Assembly (NCBI RefSeq): GCF_009914755.1
Contig: NC_060927.1
From: the human T2T-CHM13v2.0 reference genome, Homo sapiens
Length of the DNA stretch: 64,000 nucleotides
Reading direction: 5' to 3' (one strand)
Position numbers and translations under genes: made by a program. Below are positions 38,345-51,573 of the stretch, in pieces. Position 1 is the first letter of the stretch, and each line of letters opens with the position of its first letter. The notes under the pieces were generated by a model. It did not search any database, had not been told where the DNA came from, and saw only the letters and a program-made list of their open reading frames with translations.

Positions 38345-39022
38345 TATCTAGTTACCAAACTAAAACAATACAAAACTATAACTTAATAAAATTTAACTGC
38401 CTCTCCAATATGAAAGGTCAATTTTGTATTATTGAAATGACTAATGAAAAAGCAAATGAAAATTAGAGTGAATTTAAATTAATAATCATAACCTTCATTT
38501 TGACCTTCAAAATATATAATAGAGTTCCAATTCATTATAATTGAGACTGTGACTTCGTTTACAAAAAAACAAACTGCAGAAGTAATTGGACTGCTTTTTA
38601 AATTAAGGCAACAAAATATGAAGTTTTAGAATAGCTGAGATTATTGCTCTGCCACTTGAAGATGACCAGTCTTTACCCCCTTGAATCTTTAGATTTAAAA
38701 TTATACCACTTATTAGAGGTATTAATTTAGTCTAAACTCATTTCTTCATTGAGAAAACAGATGTTGGTGGCTGTCACAGGAAGTATTTGATGTACCTGGA
38801 AGCATAAAGTGATCTTTCCTTCTCCAGCTAAACAGAAAGTAAAGAGGATGTAGATTCTTGCCTGAGAGTATTTACCAGGGCTTCCCCCTAGAGCTTGGTA
38901 GCTAAAGCCATAAACACTTGACTGGGTAATGGGATCAATTCTTATTTCTGGGAGTCTGAAAGGGGATTATGGAAAGCCACTAAGATGATAAGTTTCATGT
39001 TACTCCTTTTTTGGTTCCAGAC

Positions 39023-39197
39023 CAGTGATTCTCGAATTTGGCATGCATTGAATCATATGGCAACCTGTGAAAACATAGATTGCTGGTGCCTATACCTAGA
39101 GGTTTGTGTATAGTAATTGCAAGATGTGGCCCAGGAATTAGTTACCCAGTGATGATGCTGTTTCTGCTGTCCAGGGACCACATTTTGAGAACAACTG
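39023..39197. mobile_element. MER5-family hAT-Charlie MITE
   Basis: cagtgattctc...tgatgctg...gggaccacattttgagaacaactg. Confidence 0.8.
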
Positions 39198-39260
39198 GTC
39201 TAGAACGTATGATTTCTGTTTGTCTTTGGGAGAGCTGTGCTTGTGTTGGTGGTCAGTCTT

Positions 39261-39471
39261 CATCGAGGAAGTGGAGCCTGCCAACAACCACATGAGTTAG
39301 CGTAAAAGCACACCCTCCCTGATCAGACATCCCGAGGGACTGAATCCCTGGCTGACTTCTTGATTACAAGGTCTTCTTGGAAAACCTTGAGCCAGACCAA
39401 ATTAAGCTATTCTTAAGTTAAGATACTCTTAAATTCCTAACTCATAGAAATTATGCAATAGTAAATATCTA
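39261..39471 (+). repeat. Local copy of the MLT1 3' segment at 37790-37983
   Basis: Shares cctgccaacaaccacatga, taaaagcacacc, actgaatccctg, gagccagaccaa and taaatatcta. Confidence 0.8.
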
Positions 39472-39704
39472 TTTATTTAGCAGTGAAGAGGAGGAAGCTA
39501 AACTACATTTCTTAGACACTTTGGTAGTTAGATGAGTTCTGGTCAATAGAATCCGCATATGGTCTTAAATGCCACTTGCAGGTCCCCCTGCCCTAAAACA
39601 TCTCAGGTAATCTTCCATATTGTCACCCTGTCACTCTTTGGGCAGCTGAATGAAAAGGATTACGTGGAGGGAAGGCTTTGAGAAAAGCCTTTGCATGCTT
39701 GTTT

Positions 39705-42314
39705 CTTCTAATTATTCTTCTCTTAAGAAGACTATGGGACATAATCTTCCCATAATGAACTATGTGTTATATGACTACCAAAGTCATGAATTTGGCTTGG
39801 GCAATAGCATGCCTCAGCATGTAGAAGTGGGTATATAAAAATAGGCACAAGTATGTCCTGAAAAACACATGTGAGTGGCATGAACCAGTAGATCAGATGC
39901 TCCACACCTTACTCTTGCTACACGTCTGCCTATCTCTTTACCCATACCTATAGCCTTATGGGACATTCCCTATGACTAATTGACAGAGGAAGAAGGACTA
40001 TTTAGCCTTATTTATAGATACTACTGCATCATATGGTGATGCAAGTAAAAGGTCAGCTGCTCTAGCACTAATGTGCCCTGAATACTGTGGGCAGAGCTCT
40101 GAATACTTTGTTTACTTGCCTGAAAAGAGAGGTAGCAAAGGTATGTATCTAAAGTAATCACAGGGCAGCAAGCTAACAGTTTGTTTAGAAGGAACTTAGA
40201 AATCACAAGCTTGATGGATTGCTGAAAAGCAATCTAGGGAAGACTTCTGTGGATAGGACTCTTGCAATGGGGACATAGAGAATATTTAAATCACAATATT
40301 CAAATACTCAATACTCAAAGGGAAGCCATTTGAGTAAGGTTTTTGATAATGAAGTAGACAAGATGACCTATTCCATGGATGTCAGTCAGCCATTCCTGTG
40401 CTTGCTTTAATGGGCTAATGAACACAGTGGCTATGGCTTCAGGGATGGAGGTGGATATGTATGGACTCAAAATTAGGGGCTTACTTTACCAAGACTGAAC
40501 TGTCTGTCATCACCACTGAGTAACTAATCTACCAATAACAGTGTCTACTTTTGAGCCCCTGATAATACACCACTGTCTGGGGGACCAGCCAACCACCTGG
40601 TGGTGCATTGATCACATTGGATCTCTTCCATCATGGAGGGGGCAGCAATTTGTCTTCATAGGAAAAGGCACTCACTCTGCCTTTCTTGCCTTCAATGCTT
40701 CTTCTAATACTATCATCTATGATTAATTGAATGCCTCAAGGTATCACACAGAATCTTGCTTTTGACCAAGAAAGATATTGTACAATAAAATAGCAGAGGT
40801 AATGGGCTTAAATCCATGTGGGAGTCAGGAGAAGGAGATGCTGGTTTTATATGATATTCCTTCACTGCAAAACACAGATGGCCTGACAGAACAGTGGAAT
40901 GGCCTATTAGATTCATAGTTACAAAGCTGCCCTGGATTACAACACTTAGGAATTTGAGGAGCTGTCATATGCAATGCAATATAAGCTGTGAACCAGTGAC
41001 TAATATGATGTTATTTCTTCAATACAAAGAATGCTTGAGTCCAGGATCCAAGGGATTGAAATAGAGTGGATTTATTCACTCTTACCCAAAATAGTCCTCT
41101 CACAAAATTTATACTTTCTCCTTCTGCATGTTTTGGTTCTCTGGTTAAAAAACTATTATTTCTTAAAAAGAGAATAATCACACTGGGAGACTAAGCAGGG
41201 CTCCATTTAACTGGCAGTTGAGATTGCTACATGGTTACTTCAGCCTTCTCAGGCCATTGAATCAACAAGCAAATAAGAAAGTTGCTTTCCTGACTGTGAT
41301 GACTCATCCTGGTTATCAGAGGGAAACAGGGTTTCTACTACAAAGTAAGAAAGAGTATGTAGAACTCAGGAGATTTTTAAAGGTATCTCTTGGTACTTCC
41401 ATGACCAGTGGTAAAAGTTAATGGATGATAATAGCAATTGAAGTCAAGGCCACACATGGCTCAGACCATGCAGGAATCAAAACATGTGGCAGAGATAAGC
41501 ACATGGAATGAGTTGTGGAAAAAATAAATGACCAGTTACAGAAATGAGGATGGTGATAACTGCATATTTTTTTCTTTGTTTATTATATACTAAAGAATGT
41601 GTTAATCATTTCTCCTACCCCATTTTTTTTGCTATTTTATGTAAGTTATGTGACTGGTGGCTAGCCCTTTGTCTAGTAGGGCTGCCATAGCAAAATAGCA
41701 CAGACTGGTGGCTCAAACAACAGAAGATTTTATCTCACAGTTCTGAAGTCTAAGAGTTCAAAAGCAAGGTGCCATCAGGCTTGGATTTTCCCGAGGCCTC
41801 TCTCCTTGGCTTGCAGATGGGTATCTTCTCACTTCATCCTCACATGTGCTTTTCTCTGTGTGCATGCACCCCTGGTGTCTCTTCCTCTTCCTCTAAGGAC
41901 ATCAGTCCTATTGGATTAGGGCCCCACTCCTCTAACCTCATTTAACCCTAATTACTTCCTTAAAGGCCATATCTCCAAATTCAGTCACACTGGGGATAGG
42001 GTTTCAACACATCAATTTTGGGAGGACATAATTCAGTCCTTAATATCTTATAATTCAGTATGTACAATATTAAATAACAAAGGATACTTTGAGAATAGAC
42101 ATGAACATCAACAGAGTTGGATACAGTGAATTATGGGACTCGAGAGGCAAATGTCTTCTCCTTTAGGTGAAAGGATGAACCTGCTTTTATTTGTGTAAGG
42201 AATACATTCACCAAGTTAGGTGAAAGCATACTATTGTTTTTTAATTTTGTTGTTTCAAAACTTAGATATTGGTAAACAGGTATGTATGGATGGTGAGTAT
42301 CCAAAGGTTAGGAC
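39705..42314 (+). mobile_element. ERVL internal remnant (pol RNase H/integrase and dUTPase-like), interrupted by MLT1A
   Basis: Peptides LPIMNYVL.D, GDQPTTWWCIDHIGSLPSWRGQQFV (ERVL integrase GDQPATWWQVDYIGPLPSW) and LHGYFSLLRPLNQQANKKV..HPGYQRETG (ERVL dUTPase-like). PPT-like ccaaaggttaggac before the LTR. Confidence 0.85.
41660..42045 (-). mobile_element. MLT1A-like MaLR solo LTR
   Basis: agggctgccatagcaaaatagcacagactgg...gaggcctctctccttggcttgcagatgg...ggacataattcagtcc. Confidence 0.9.
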
Positions 42315-42733
42315 TGAATGATACTGAGGATCATCCCAGTCTGTCTAAGCTATCTCTACAACTACTTTTCTAGGCTCTTCTCAGCAGGCCTCTGATTAAA
42401 TTCTGCCAATAAGAGACATTTGTGTAATTCTTGGAAAGTGGAAGAAAAGAAGAAGCTATTATTCTTTAGTGGTGACTATGGACAGGTGTGTGGTTATCAT
42501 CAGAGGTAGATATGATATAAATTTTGTCTCATTCTAGGCCACTTCTTGAGAATCGGCTACTTTAATGGTGTGGGCTGCTGAGATCCTTCACGGGGGCTTT
42601 CCTGTGATCCATGCATTCTGACTCCTGAAAGCTAGCAGTGGCCTTTCTTATCTTTACTCTCCAGCCATTCTGATGGTAATCTTCTTATTCATCTCAATGG
42701 CTTTCCTTTTCATGACCTACCCTGATTGATACA
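42315..42733 (+). mobile_element. ERVL 3' LTR (LTR33/LTR41/LTR16-group)
   Basis: Begins TG after the PPT and ends ccctgattgataca, a typical ERVL LTR end. Confidence 0.6.
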
Positions 42734-43229
42734 ATTGAGAGCATATATAGTTATGCATGCAGCTGATGAGGAGATTGTAAAAAGAGTGGCCCATGAGGGC
42801 TCTATCTTATATAGATTTATGGTATAAAACTTTGAATGTTATGAGTCATCACTGATTGACCCTTTGAAGGCCCTCAGGATATTGTTCCAGAATTAATGAC
42901 TCTTAAGGGAGAGACTTTCTTGCTGGAGGCACATAGGTGATTTTTGTTGAGAAGAATCCTTGGGGTAGTTAGTAGTATTTTCCTAAAGGCAAATGGGGGT
43001 AAAAGAAGGTGGGTTTTTATAAAATAGAGAAATCTGATGTCTGGGAAGCCAAAAAGAGGTGGCATTAAAGCAAACTTGTTTTGTGTTTCTCTCTTGATTA
43101 TTGAAAATGTTTTATTTGTGACATAATTTAACTTTTCACATTCTATGTGCTATTTCCCTTGAATTACCCAAACTTTTCAGTAAAGTCTATTTGATGGTGT
43201 TGCCGAGAACCGTGGGACAAAGTGAGAAA

Positions 43230-43406
43230 GTAAAGTGTCATTTACTGTCTCTTACTATCATCGCATTCCGTTTGTAAAGTGTCATTTACTGTCTCTTACT
43301 ATCATCGCATTCCGTTTGTAAAGTGTCATTTACTGTCTCTTACTATCATCGCATTCCGTTTGTAAAGTGTCATTTACTGTCTCTTACTATCATCGCATTC
43401 CGTTTG
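43230..43406. repeat. Minisatellite/VNTR: 4 identical copies of a 44-bp unit
   Basis: gtaaagtgtcatttactgtctcttactatcatcgcattccgttt starts at 43230, 43274, 43318 and 43362. Confidence 0.99.
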
Positions 43407-44604
43407 AGGGGAGTGTGCACCTAACTCCAGGTGGGGATCAGTGGGAAACAGTGGCCTGTGGAAGAGTGAGAAACAGCACAGAGAAGGGCGTGATGTTAAT
43501 GAGATCATTTGGTAAGGGAGTGAGACTGACTTTCTGCTTTCTAAAAAGAAACCACAGGGAGCTGATCTTTGAGAGCATGGGGTTGGATACTTGGGCATAT
43601 GAGTAAAATAAAAGAAATGGATTAGCTGCCTTCTAAATCCACTTTCACTTTTAAGACCCTACAGTTTTATAACCCCTGAGCAGAACCCTCCATACTTCTG
43701 ATCTATTTCAGTGCCATTACTTAAGGCATCACGGTAGCTGGATGTATTTCTTTTGAAACTTGGTCCTTGAATACCGTGTCTTGATTTTCCGTCTCTTGAA
43801 TCTAACAATCGGCTAGTGGAAATGGGAATCTCAGATGTAAAAATAAAAGATATATTTTATGGGTCAGGTTTTACAATGAATGAGGATCTTGAGTATAAAA
43901 ATTTGAAGTAAATTACATGGTTAATCATGGCTGTAGTGTCTTGTTATTTGAATTGTCTTTCTTTAGTAACTGGTCTCTTAAGCAGCTTCTCTTCTAATAG
44001 ATCCTCATGAGGTTAATTAGATCACTCATTTAACAGTCATATTTGGCTTACTCAATCTTTGCTTGCTTGTCCTCAGACTCATTTAGTAGTTCAAAGTCAA
44101 ACTTGCTCTCTTGTTACCTAAATTCTGACTTCATGGTTTCTAAAAGTTTTCCAAGAGTAAAACTTGGAAATCACGTTTTACTTAAACCATGTTTAAACCA
44201 GTTTACTTTAACCAAGTAAAACCCCTTTTTGAGACTAATATGATCCACCTGGACAAAAAAAGCTATCTGCTTCCCTCTTATATGCCTTTTCTAGCTGATT
44301 AGCCTCTGAACAATAGACATACTCTTTTTTTTTGGTGGTTTCTGCATGACCTGCTCCAATCAGTCCCCTTACCTTTTGAGCTCTTTTTTCTCTAAGAGCT
44401 TTTCTAGTTCTCTTAATTCTTAATCTCAGTGTTTGTGTAGCTGAGCTTCCCCCTCACTTGTTTTATGTCATGTGACATAATCCAGGGAGTTTCAGTACAG
44501 CCCAATCTAGTAATGAAAATAACTGCTTCTACAATTAAATTGGTATTATGATTATGTGTCAGGGACCAAAGGTGAATTACATGATAGAGGCTTTACAATG
44601 AAAT

Positions 44605-44770
44605 TGCATAATGTTATAGCTGCAAGGGACAAGAAGGGTCCAATCTAGTGTGATTCTCTCATTTTACAGATGAAAATTATGAGACCTTCACAATTGTTTA
44701 GTGCCCTATTAGTAACTAATGGGAAAACATCCTGATTTTGGCTCACTGCAAACTCTCTAATATCATACTG
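44605..44770 (-). mobile_element. MIR-family SINE fragment
   Basis: ctctcattttacagatgaaaa reverse core. Confidence 0.65.
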
Positions 44771-45467
44771 CTACTTTGATATTGTTTTTATGATATAAAT
44801 ATAGAGTTGGTAACTTTCAAATCTCAAACTATAATTTCCCTTTCCCTGAGCAACTGTTGTTAAGATTGTGTGTCAACAGACAAAAATGAAAGATTTTGTT
44901 GTTGTTGTTTGTAATTTTAGGTAGGCAAGTTAATTTCTGCCCTTAGTTTGATGCAGATTTTATTTTCTTCCCTGAGAATTTTCCTAGAATGTTCTAAAGG
45001 ATTATATTATAATGACTTAAGGCAGGGATATTTTCTGAAAACGGCCCATTATTCTGTTACTCTCCTTTCAGGCAAGTTTCAATTTTACCAATTTAAATTA
45101 CATGGAGGATAGTTATTGGAACTTCATATTTGGATTAGCTTTGTTTTTTGATACCTGAAGCAGCAACCTTACTAATGAATGGAGCTTGTCCGGCAATATA
45201 TTGGCAACTACATATCAAGGTTGGTTAAACTTAGTTGTGAGGGCTTTCAATAATGGGCTACTCTAGGGCTATGCACAAAAGCCATATCTGAACATGTAAA
45301 GTGGAAAATTGAAACAATTTATGCATCTTGATAATTCAAATAAATGTTCTAACATTTACCTCAATTACTTTGAATCTGCAAGAAAATGCGTTCCTATGTT
45401 TGAATTAGTCTGAAAATGGCCTCAGAGTTTTATTCCAATTTACATGTCCAGATATAGCTTTTGGGAA

Positions 45468-45620
45468 ATGATAATAGTGATGGCTTCCATTATGTTCCAG
45501 GCACTATTAGGTGATTTTAATATATTATTTCTACCCTCATACCAACTCCACAAGCTAGGCATTGTTATTCATTCCCATTTTACCCATGAGGAAACTAATC
45601 TCATAGAGGTTACAGGATTT
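45468..45620 (-). mobile_element. MIR SINE fragment
   Basis: tatgttccaggcact...cccattttacccatgaggaaact. Confidence 0.7.
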
Positions 45621-47696
45621 ATGAACAGCTTGAAATAGTAAATTTCTTTGAAGAAAATTGGCAAAGTGATGAAAAAAGCAATACATGTTGTTAAGTCTTG
45701 GCGAGTAAATAAATGCTGCAACATTATTTATTGGTTTGAACAGACAAGAAGTTAAAGCCCAAAGACTTTGCACCTCCAGTAGTCTTCACTCCTCTTGCTT
45801 GGCCATAGTGTGATGGTGATTTTGGATTTTGCCTTCCTTTCTTTGTGACTTTAGATCATTATTTCCATGCTTTCTTTTTCTTTTTTTTTAAAAGTTTAAT
45901 TTTATTTTCCAAATCTTTAAGTGAAGAAGTCGAAACCAAAAGATTAAAAAAAGTGTACCCTCTATAAAATAACGTATGTCAAAATACCAAGTTACATTCT
46001 TTTTCTAAGGTAATAATTTGCCTTAGAAAATTCCAAGCTATACTGGAATGCATTAACTTGCTACAATTTTGACAGAGGCAGTCTGTGTGCACAAATCCCT
46101 CGAATACTGATGGGACTGTGATTCTATCCTGAAAAAAGAAGAGTCTGAATACAAATTTTAGAGGGCTAGAAAGTGTTTAATGTCTCATTGTTTGTATCAA
46201 GATTCTAAATCACATTCAAGTCAATGACTCTGATCTTCATATCAATGCACAAATGGAACAGAAGATAAAAGCCAGGAAAGCTGTTCTCTGAGTAGAACAC
46301 TGATTTTGTTCTCATGTTACCAGCAAGAGACCATTTGGGATATGTAAGCCCCAGGTTGAGTGCTTCGCATTTGTTAGAGCTCCTCAATGTTTGAAATGGG
46401 TTTTCCCTTTAGGGAGCCCATCCATTTGGACAAGTGCTACATCAGATCAAAAGACATGGGAAGAGGTATTTTGTGCACAGATTGAATTTTTTTTTGGCAA
46501 CATAACATAGCCTTTTAGCACAACATTGTCTATTCTCTACTGATTGTTCTTTTCTTTCTTTTTTTTTAAAAAAATAGTTGGAGTCTGTTTTCCAATAGTG
46601 TCAGGCTTTTTTTCATGTGGCAAATTGGCTAGCAGCCACCTGGAGATCATTTGAAATGAAAGCTGGTGTTAAGGGATTTGGTTTTTCAGCTCCAGTTGCT
46701 ATTATTTTCTAGATTATTAAATGTTAATCAAATTGCTCACTGTATTAAAATTATTATTCTAATTTTTGTGTTATTTACTATTTGGGAAACACAATATAAA
46801 CCTTTAAAACTTTTAGTTACTATGATATTCTTTTTAAAATGTCATAGAAATACTAAAATAATTATGTCTGTAGTTTTTAGTCTCTTTAGGTTCAGTGGAA
46901 GTCAGTATCATCAGCATCTTAAGTGTATCATCACTTTAAAATTTTTTCACGGGAGGTAGTCTGAACCCAAATCGCTACTTTAATTATAAAGAAAGGTTAA
47001 CCCAGCAATAGGAAGTAGTGACCACATTTTATTTCCAAAAGCTGATGCTGATCCATTTAAGGTGAACATTGTTTGCAAGAGCTTTGAACACACAAATTCC
47101 TGGCCATGCTGTGCAGTGAACAAATCCCAAGTGGTTGGAGACTGCACCAGGAAGAATGCCATTGTGGGGGAGCATTAAGAAATGAAGAAAGGGAGGGAAA
47201 AAGTGTTGTTCTGCTTTCCTCTATCATGCATTTAGGATAATTCCTGGCATGACTGATTCGGTTTTCCCCTGCTGTCATTAGCAATCGTTGCCAATCATGG
47301 TTAATCATCTACTTCCAAAATGAAAAGAGATTTGGCTGAGATGCAGTTGGAACTACTTCTGCTGCATCCCTGGGGATGTTACTGGAAATTTAACAAATTC
47401 CTGTTTCCAAACTACTGTCTTCTGATACGACATAATGGAAAATTGGAGCAATTATTCAGATAATATGTGCAAACAGTAAATTTTCAAGCTCAGTTCACTG
47501 AAGAAAAATCTCAATCTCTGGGTTAAAGTCTTCCCTGACTTTTAGTACTTCTTGCTAGAACCATTATTTTTTTTGGAATTCTACTTAATTTATGTTTGAA
47601 TCTCTCTACATCTTGTATCCCACAGTGCCTGACATACTTTAGTTGCTAGATAACATTTTATTGTTTGTAGCTAATTATTTTCTTTGTAAATATGAA

Positions 47697-48222
47697 ACTG
47701 TATAGCATAGTAGTTAAGAGCCCAGGATCTGGAGTCAGACTCCCTGGGTTCAAATATTACCTCCTCCACTCAATGGTTGTGTGACTTGGGATTCTCTGGA
47801 GCCTCATTTCTTTATCTGTGAAATGGGCATAGTAATATTACCATTTGTAATATTAGCGGTATTCAGTTGATATAAACCTGTGTGCCAGTTGTTAAAACAC
47901 TGAAATTCTTCCATACTATTTGGTAAGTAGTTGCAGCCTCAAGATCCCTGAATGCTTCCCCTTCACCTCACTGCCTCAAAGCACCTTTGCCCACCACAGT
48001 GATTCAACAAGAAATTATTTGCTCAGGAGAGGGTCTACAGGATGCTGCTTCAGCATTATGTTTAGCATCTGTCCTCAGAGGTTAGTGCCCATGTTGCACG
48101 TGTTAATAAAGGTTTTTAATATTATTCTCTTTATAGGGTTCTTTTGGATTAAACGAGTTGATATATATTGATGTTTAGGATAGTACCAAGTGCCTATTAA
48201 GCACTGTCCATATTCCTCTTAT
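47697..48222 (+). mobile_element. MIR SINE split by a ~275-bp insert
   Basis: 5' part gtagttaagagc..ctggagtcagac..ctgtgaaatggg at 47697-47842. 3' part atagggtt..ggattaaacgagtt from ~48117. Confidence 0.75.
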
Positions 48223-48271
48223 TGTAAATAGATAGTAACTCTCTCTTATTATAAATAAATAGTAACTTATC

Positions 48272-48986
<715 letters not shown>

Positions 48987-51090
48987 TGACACTGGTCCTG
49001 CACAGCAGGAAAACCAACTCACACCACTTGCACTTCCAGCTGGAGGAACAGTCTGGCTGTACTGCCCAAGGTGAACTTGCCCTTGAGCCAGTCAAACTGC
49101 TCGAAACATCTCCCAAGGGAGAGAAGTCCTTGAGCCACTGAGCAGGCCACATGCCCACAGGCTGGTGGAACAAACTGTGTGCTCACAGCCAAAACTTTAG
49201 AAACAGTGTTGTGTGGCTTACCACTAGCAGATATGCCTCTAGGCCAGCTAAGTAGCTGTGCACCTGCAATCAGGACCTAAGAAACAGACTCATGGTCACT
49301 CCTGGCAGACACACCCCCTCAGACCAACTGAGTAGTCTTGCATCCATGTTCTGGGCCTGAGAAACAGTCCCATGAACTGTTCCTGATAGGCATGCCACCA
49401 GGATACTTGAGCAGCCTTGCACTAACATCCCAGACCTAGGAAACATCTTTGGGGGCCACCCTCAGCAGATACACACCCAGGTGAACCAAGAAGCCTTGTA
49501 GCCATGTCCTAGGCCTGCAAGGCAGCAGGATGCCCACATCTTGGGTCTGAGAAACAGCCTAATGGGATGCCCCTGGTAAGCACAGCCCAGGTCAGCTAGC
49601 AACCATGTGCCCATGTCCTGGGCCTGAGAAACAGCATGATGGGCTACCCCAACAACAACTTTCCACCCATGCCCCTGGCTAGAGTAACAGCCTGTGGTTC
49701 CAGCCCCAGTGAGCCAGACCCCAAGTTGGCTGACCCACAATGTGCATGCATGCACCCCTGATCTAAGAAACATCCTGAGGAGTCTATCCCTGGCAAAGCC
49801 ACACACCACCATTGCAAACTCTCTCAGCCTAGGCCATGAGACACTCGTGAATGTCACTAGTATGGATTATAGCTGGAGAAACTATATGGAGACTACATTA
49901 CTGCATTCCCCTAGAAACAAAGCCAATGCAACCCACTCAACAGACATACCAAGACCCTGTTAAATTAGTGTGTTTTTTCTATGAAGCCTACTCCATAAAA
50001 TTAGAAGAGGCAACTGTTCTACCAGATGCACAGAAGACAACATAGGGACACATCAAACATGAAAAAAAAAAAGGACACATTCAAAGGAATGTGATAATTC
50101 TTCAGTAACAGACACCAATTATAAGACTATATACAAAATGCCAGAAAAAGATTTCAAAACAATAATCTTAAGGAAATTCAATGAGCTACAGATAAGATAG
50201 ATAGACAATCCAATGAAATTGGAAAGTATTAATGATTTAAACAATCAACAAAGAAGTATAAAAAAGAACCAAACAGGAATCATACAGTTGAAGAACTCAA
50301 TGAATGAAATGAAAAATACAATCAAGAACTTCAACAACAGACAAGAAGTTGAAGAAAGAATGTCTGAATTTGAAGACAGAATTATTGAAATAACACCGGC
50401 AAGCGAAAAAAAAAAAAGAAAAAAAAAAAGAATGAAGAAAGCCTACAGGATATACAGGACAACATTAAGTCAACAAATACTTGCATTATGGATATTTCAG
50501 AAAGACAAGAGAAGGGTAGAGGTGTAGAAAACATATTTAATGAAGTAATAATTGAAAACTTCCCAAGTATTGGGAAAGAGAGAGAGGTGTAGATCCAGGA
50601 AGCTCAAAGAACCCCAAATAGATTCAATCCAAACAGGTCCTCTCCTAGATACATTATAGTCAAACTGTCAAAAGGAAAATAAAAATACAACATATCAAAT
50701 CTATGGGATTCAACAAAAGCAGTACTGAGAGGGAAGTTTATAGCAATGAACACCTTTTTCAAAAAAGTAGAAAGACTTCAAATAACCTAACAATGCACTA
50801 GGTTCAAGGAATTAGGAAAGCAAGAGCAAACCAAACCCAAATTTAGTAGTAGAAAGAAATAAATAATGATCAGAGCATAAATAGGCAAAATTGAGCCTAA
50901 AAAATACAGAAGATCAATGAAAAGAAAAGTTGCTTTTTTGAAAAGATAAACAAAATTGAAAAACCATTAGCTAGACTAAGAAAAATAAAGATCCAAATAA
51001 ATAAAATCAGAAATGAAAAAGGAGACATAACAACTGAGACCACAATGATATAAGGAAATATTAGAGATTGTTGCAAACATCTATACAATG
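48987..51090 (+). mobile_element. LINE-1 (L1M2/L1MA-like) repetitive 5' UTR and ORF1 fused to an ORF2 piece
   Basis: Recurrent gcctgagaaacag subrepeats. ORF1 coiled coil KKNQTGIIQLKNSMNEMKNTIKNFNNR (50213-50527). ORF2 post-endonuclease sequence from ~50673. Confidence 0.85.
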
Positions 51091-51165
51091 CTTTGGGAGC
51101 TGAGGTGGGAGGATCTGTTGAGACTGGGAGTTTGAGACCAGCCTAAGCAATATAGTGAGACACAT
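51090..51165 (+). mobile_element. Old Alu monomer fragment (FLAM/AluJ-like)
   Basis: ctttgggag.ctgaggtgggaggatc..ttgag...ggagtttgagaccagcct..gcaa.atagtgagac. Confidence 0.8.
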
Positions 51166-51508
51166 CATATTTAAATTTTTTTTATTTTAATTTTTAATTT
51201 TATTTTTCCACAAGTTATTGGGGTACAGGTGGTATTTGGTTACATGAATAAGTTCTTTAGTGGTGATTTGTGAGATTTTGGTGCACCCATCACCCGAGCA
51301 GTATACACTGCACAAAATTTGTAGTCTTTTATCCCTCACCCCCCTCCCACTCTTTCCTCCAAGTCCCTGAAGTTCATTATATCATTCTTATGCCTTTACA
51401 TCCTCATAGCTTACCTCCCACATATCAGTGAGAACATATGATATTTGGTTTTCCATTCCTAAGTTACTTAACTTGGAATAATAGTCTCCAATCTCATCCA
51501 GGTCACTG

Positions 51509-51511
<3 letters not shown>

Positions 51512-51570
<59 letters not shown>
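51512..51570. repeat. Pure (TA)n microsatellite, ~29 units
   Basis: Directly visible. Confidence 0.98.

Positions 51571-51573
<3 letters not shown>

Noticed and set aside
43230-43406. CRISPR-like array
   Set aside because: The units are head to tail with no unique spacers, there are no cas genes, and the DNA is primate. It is a minisatellite.
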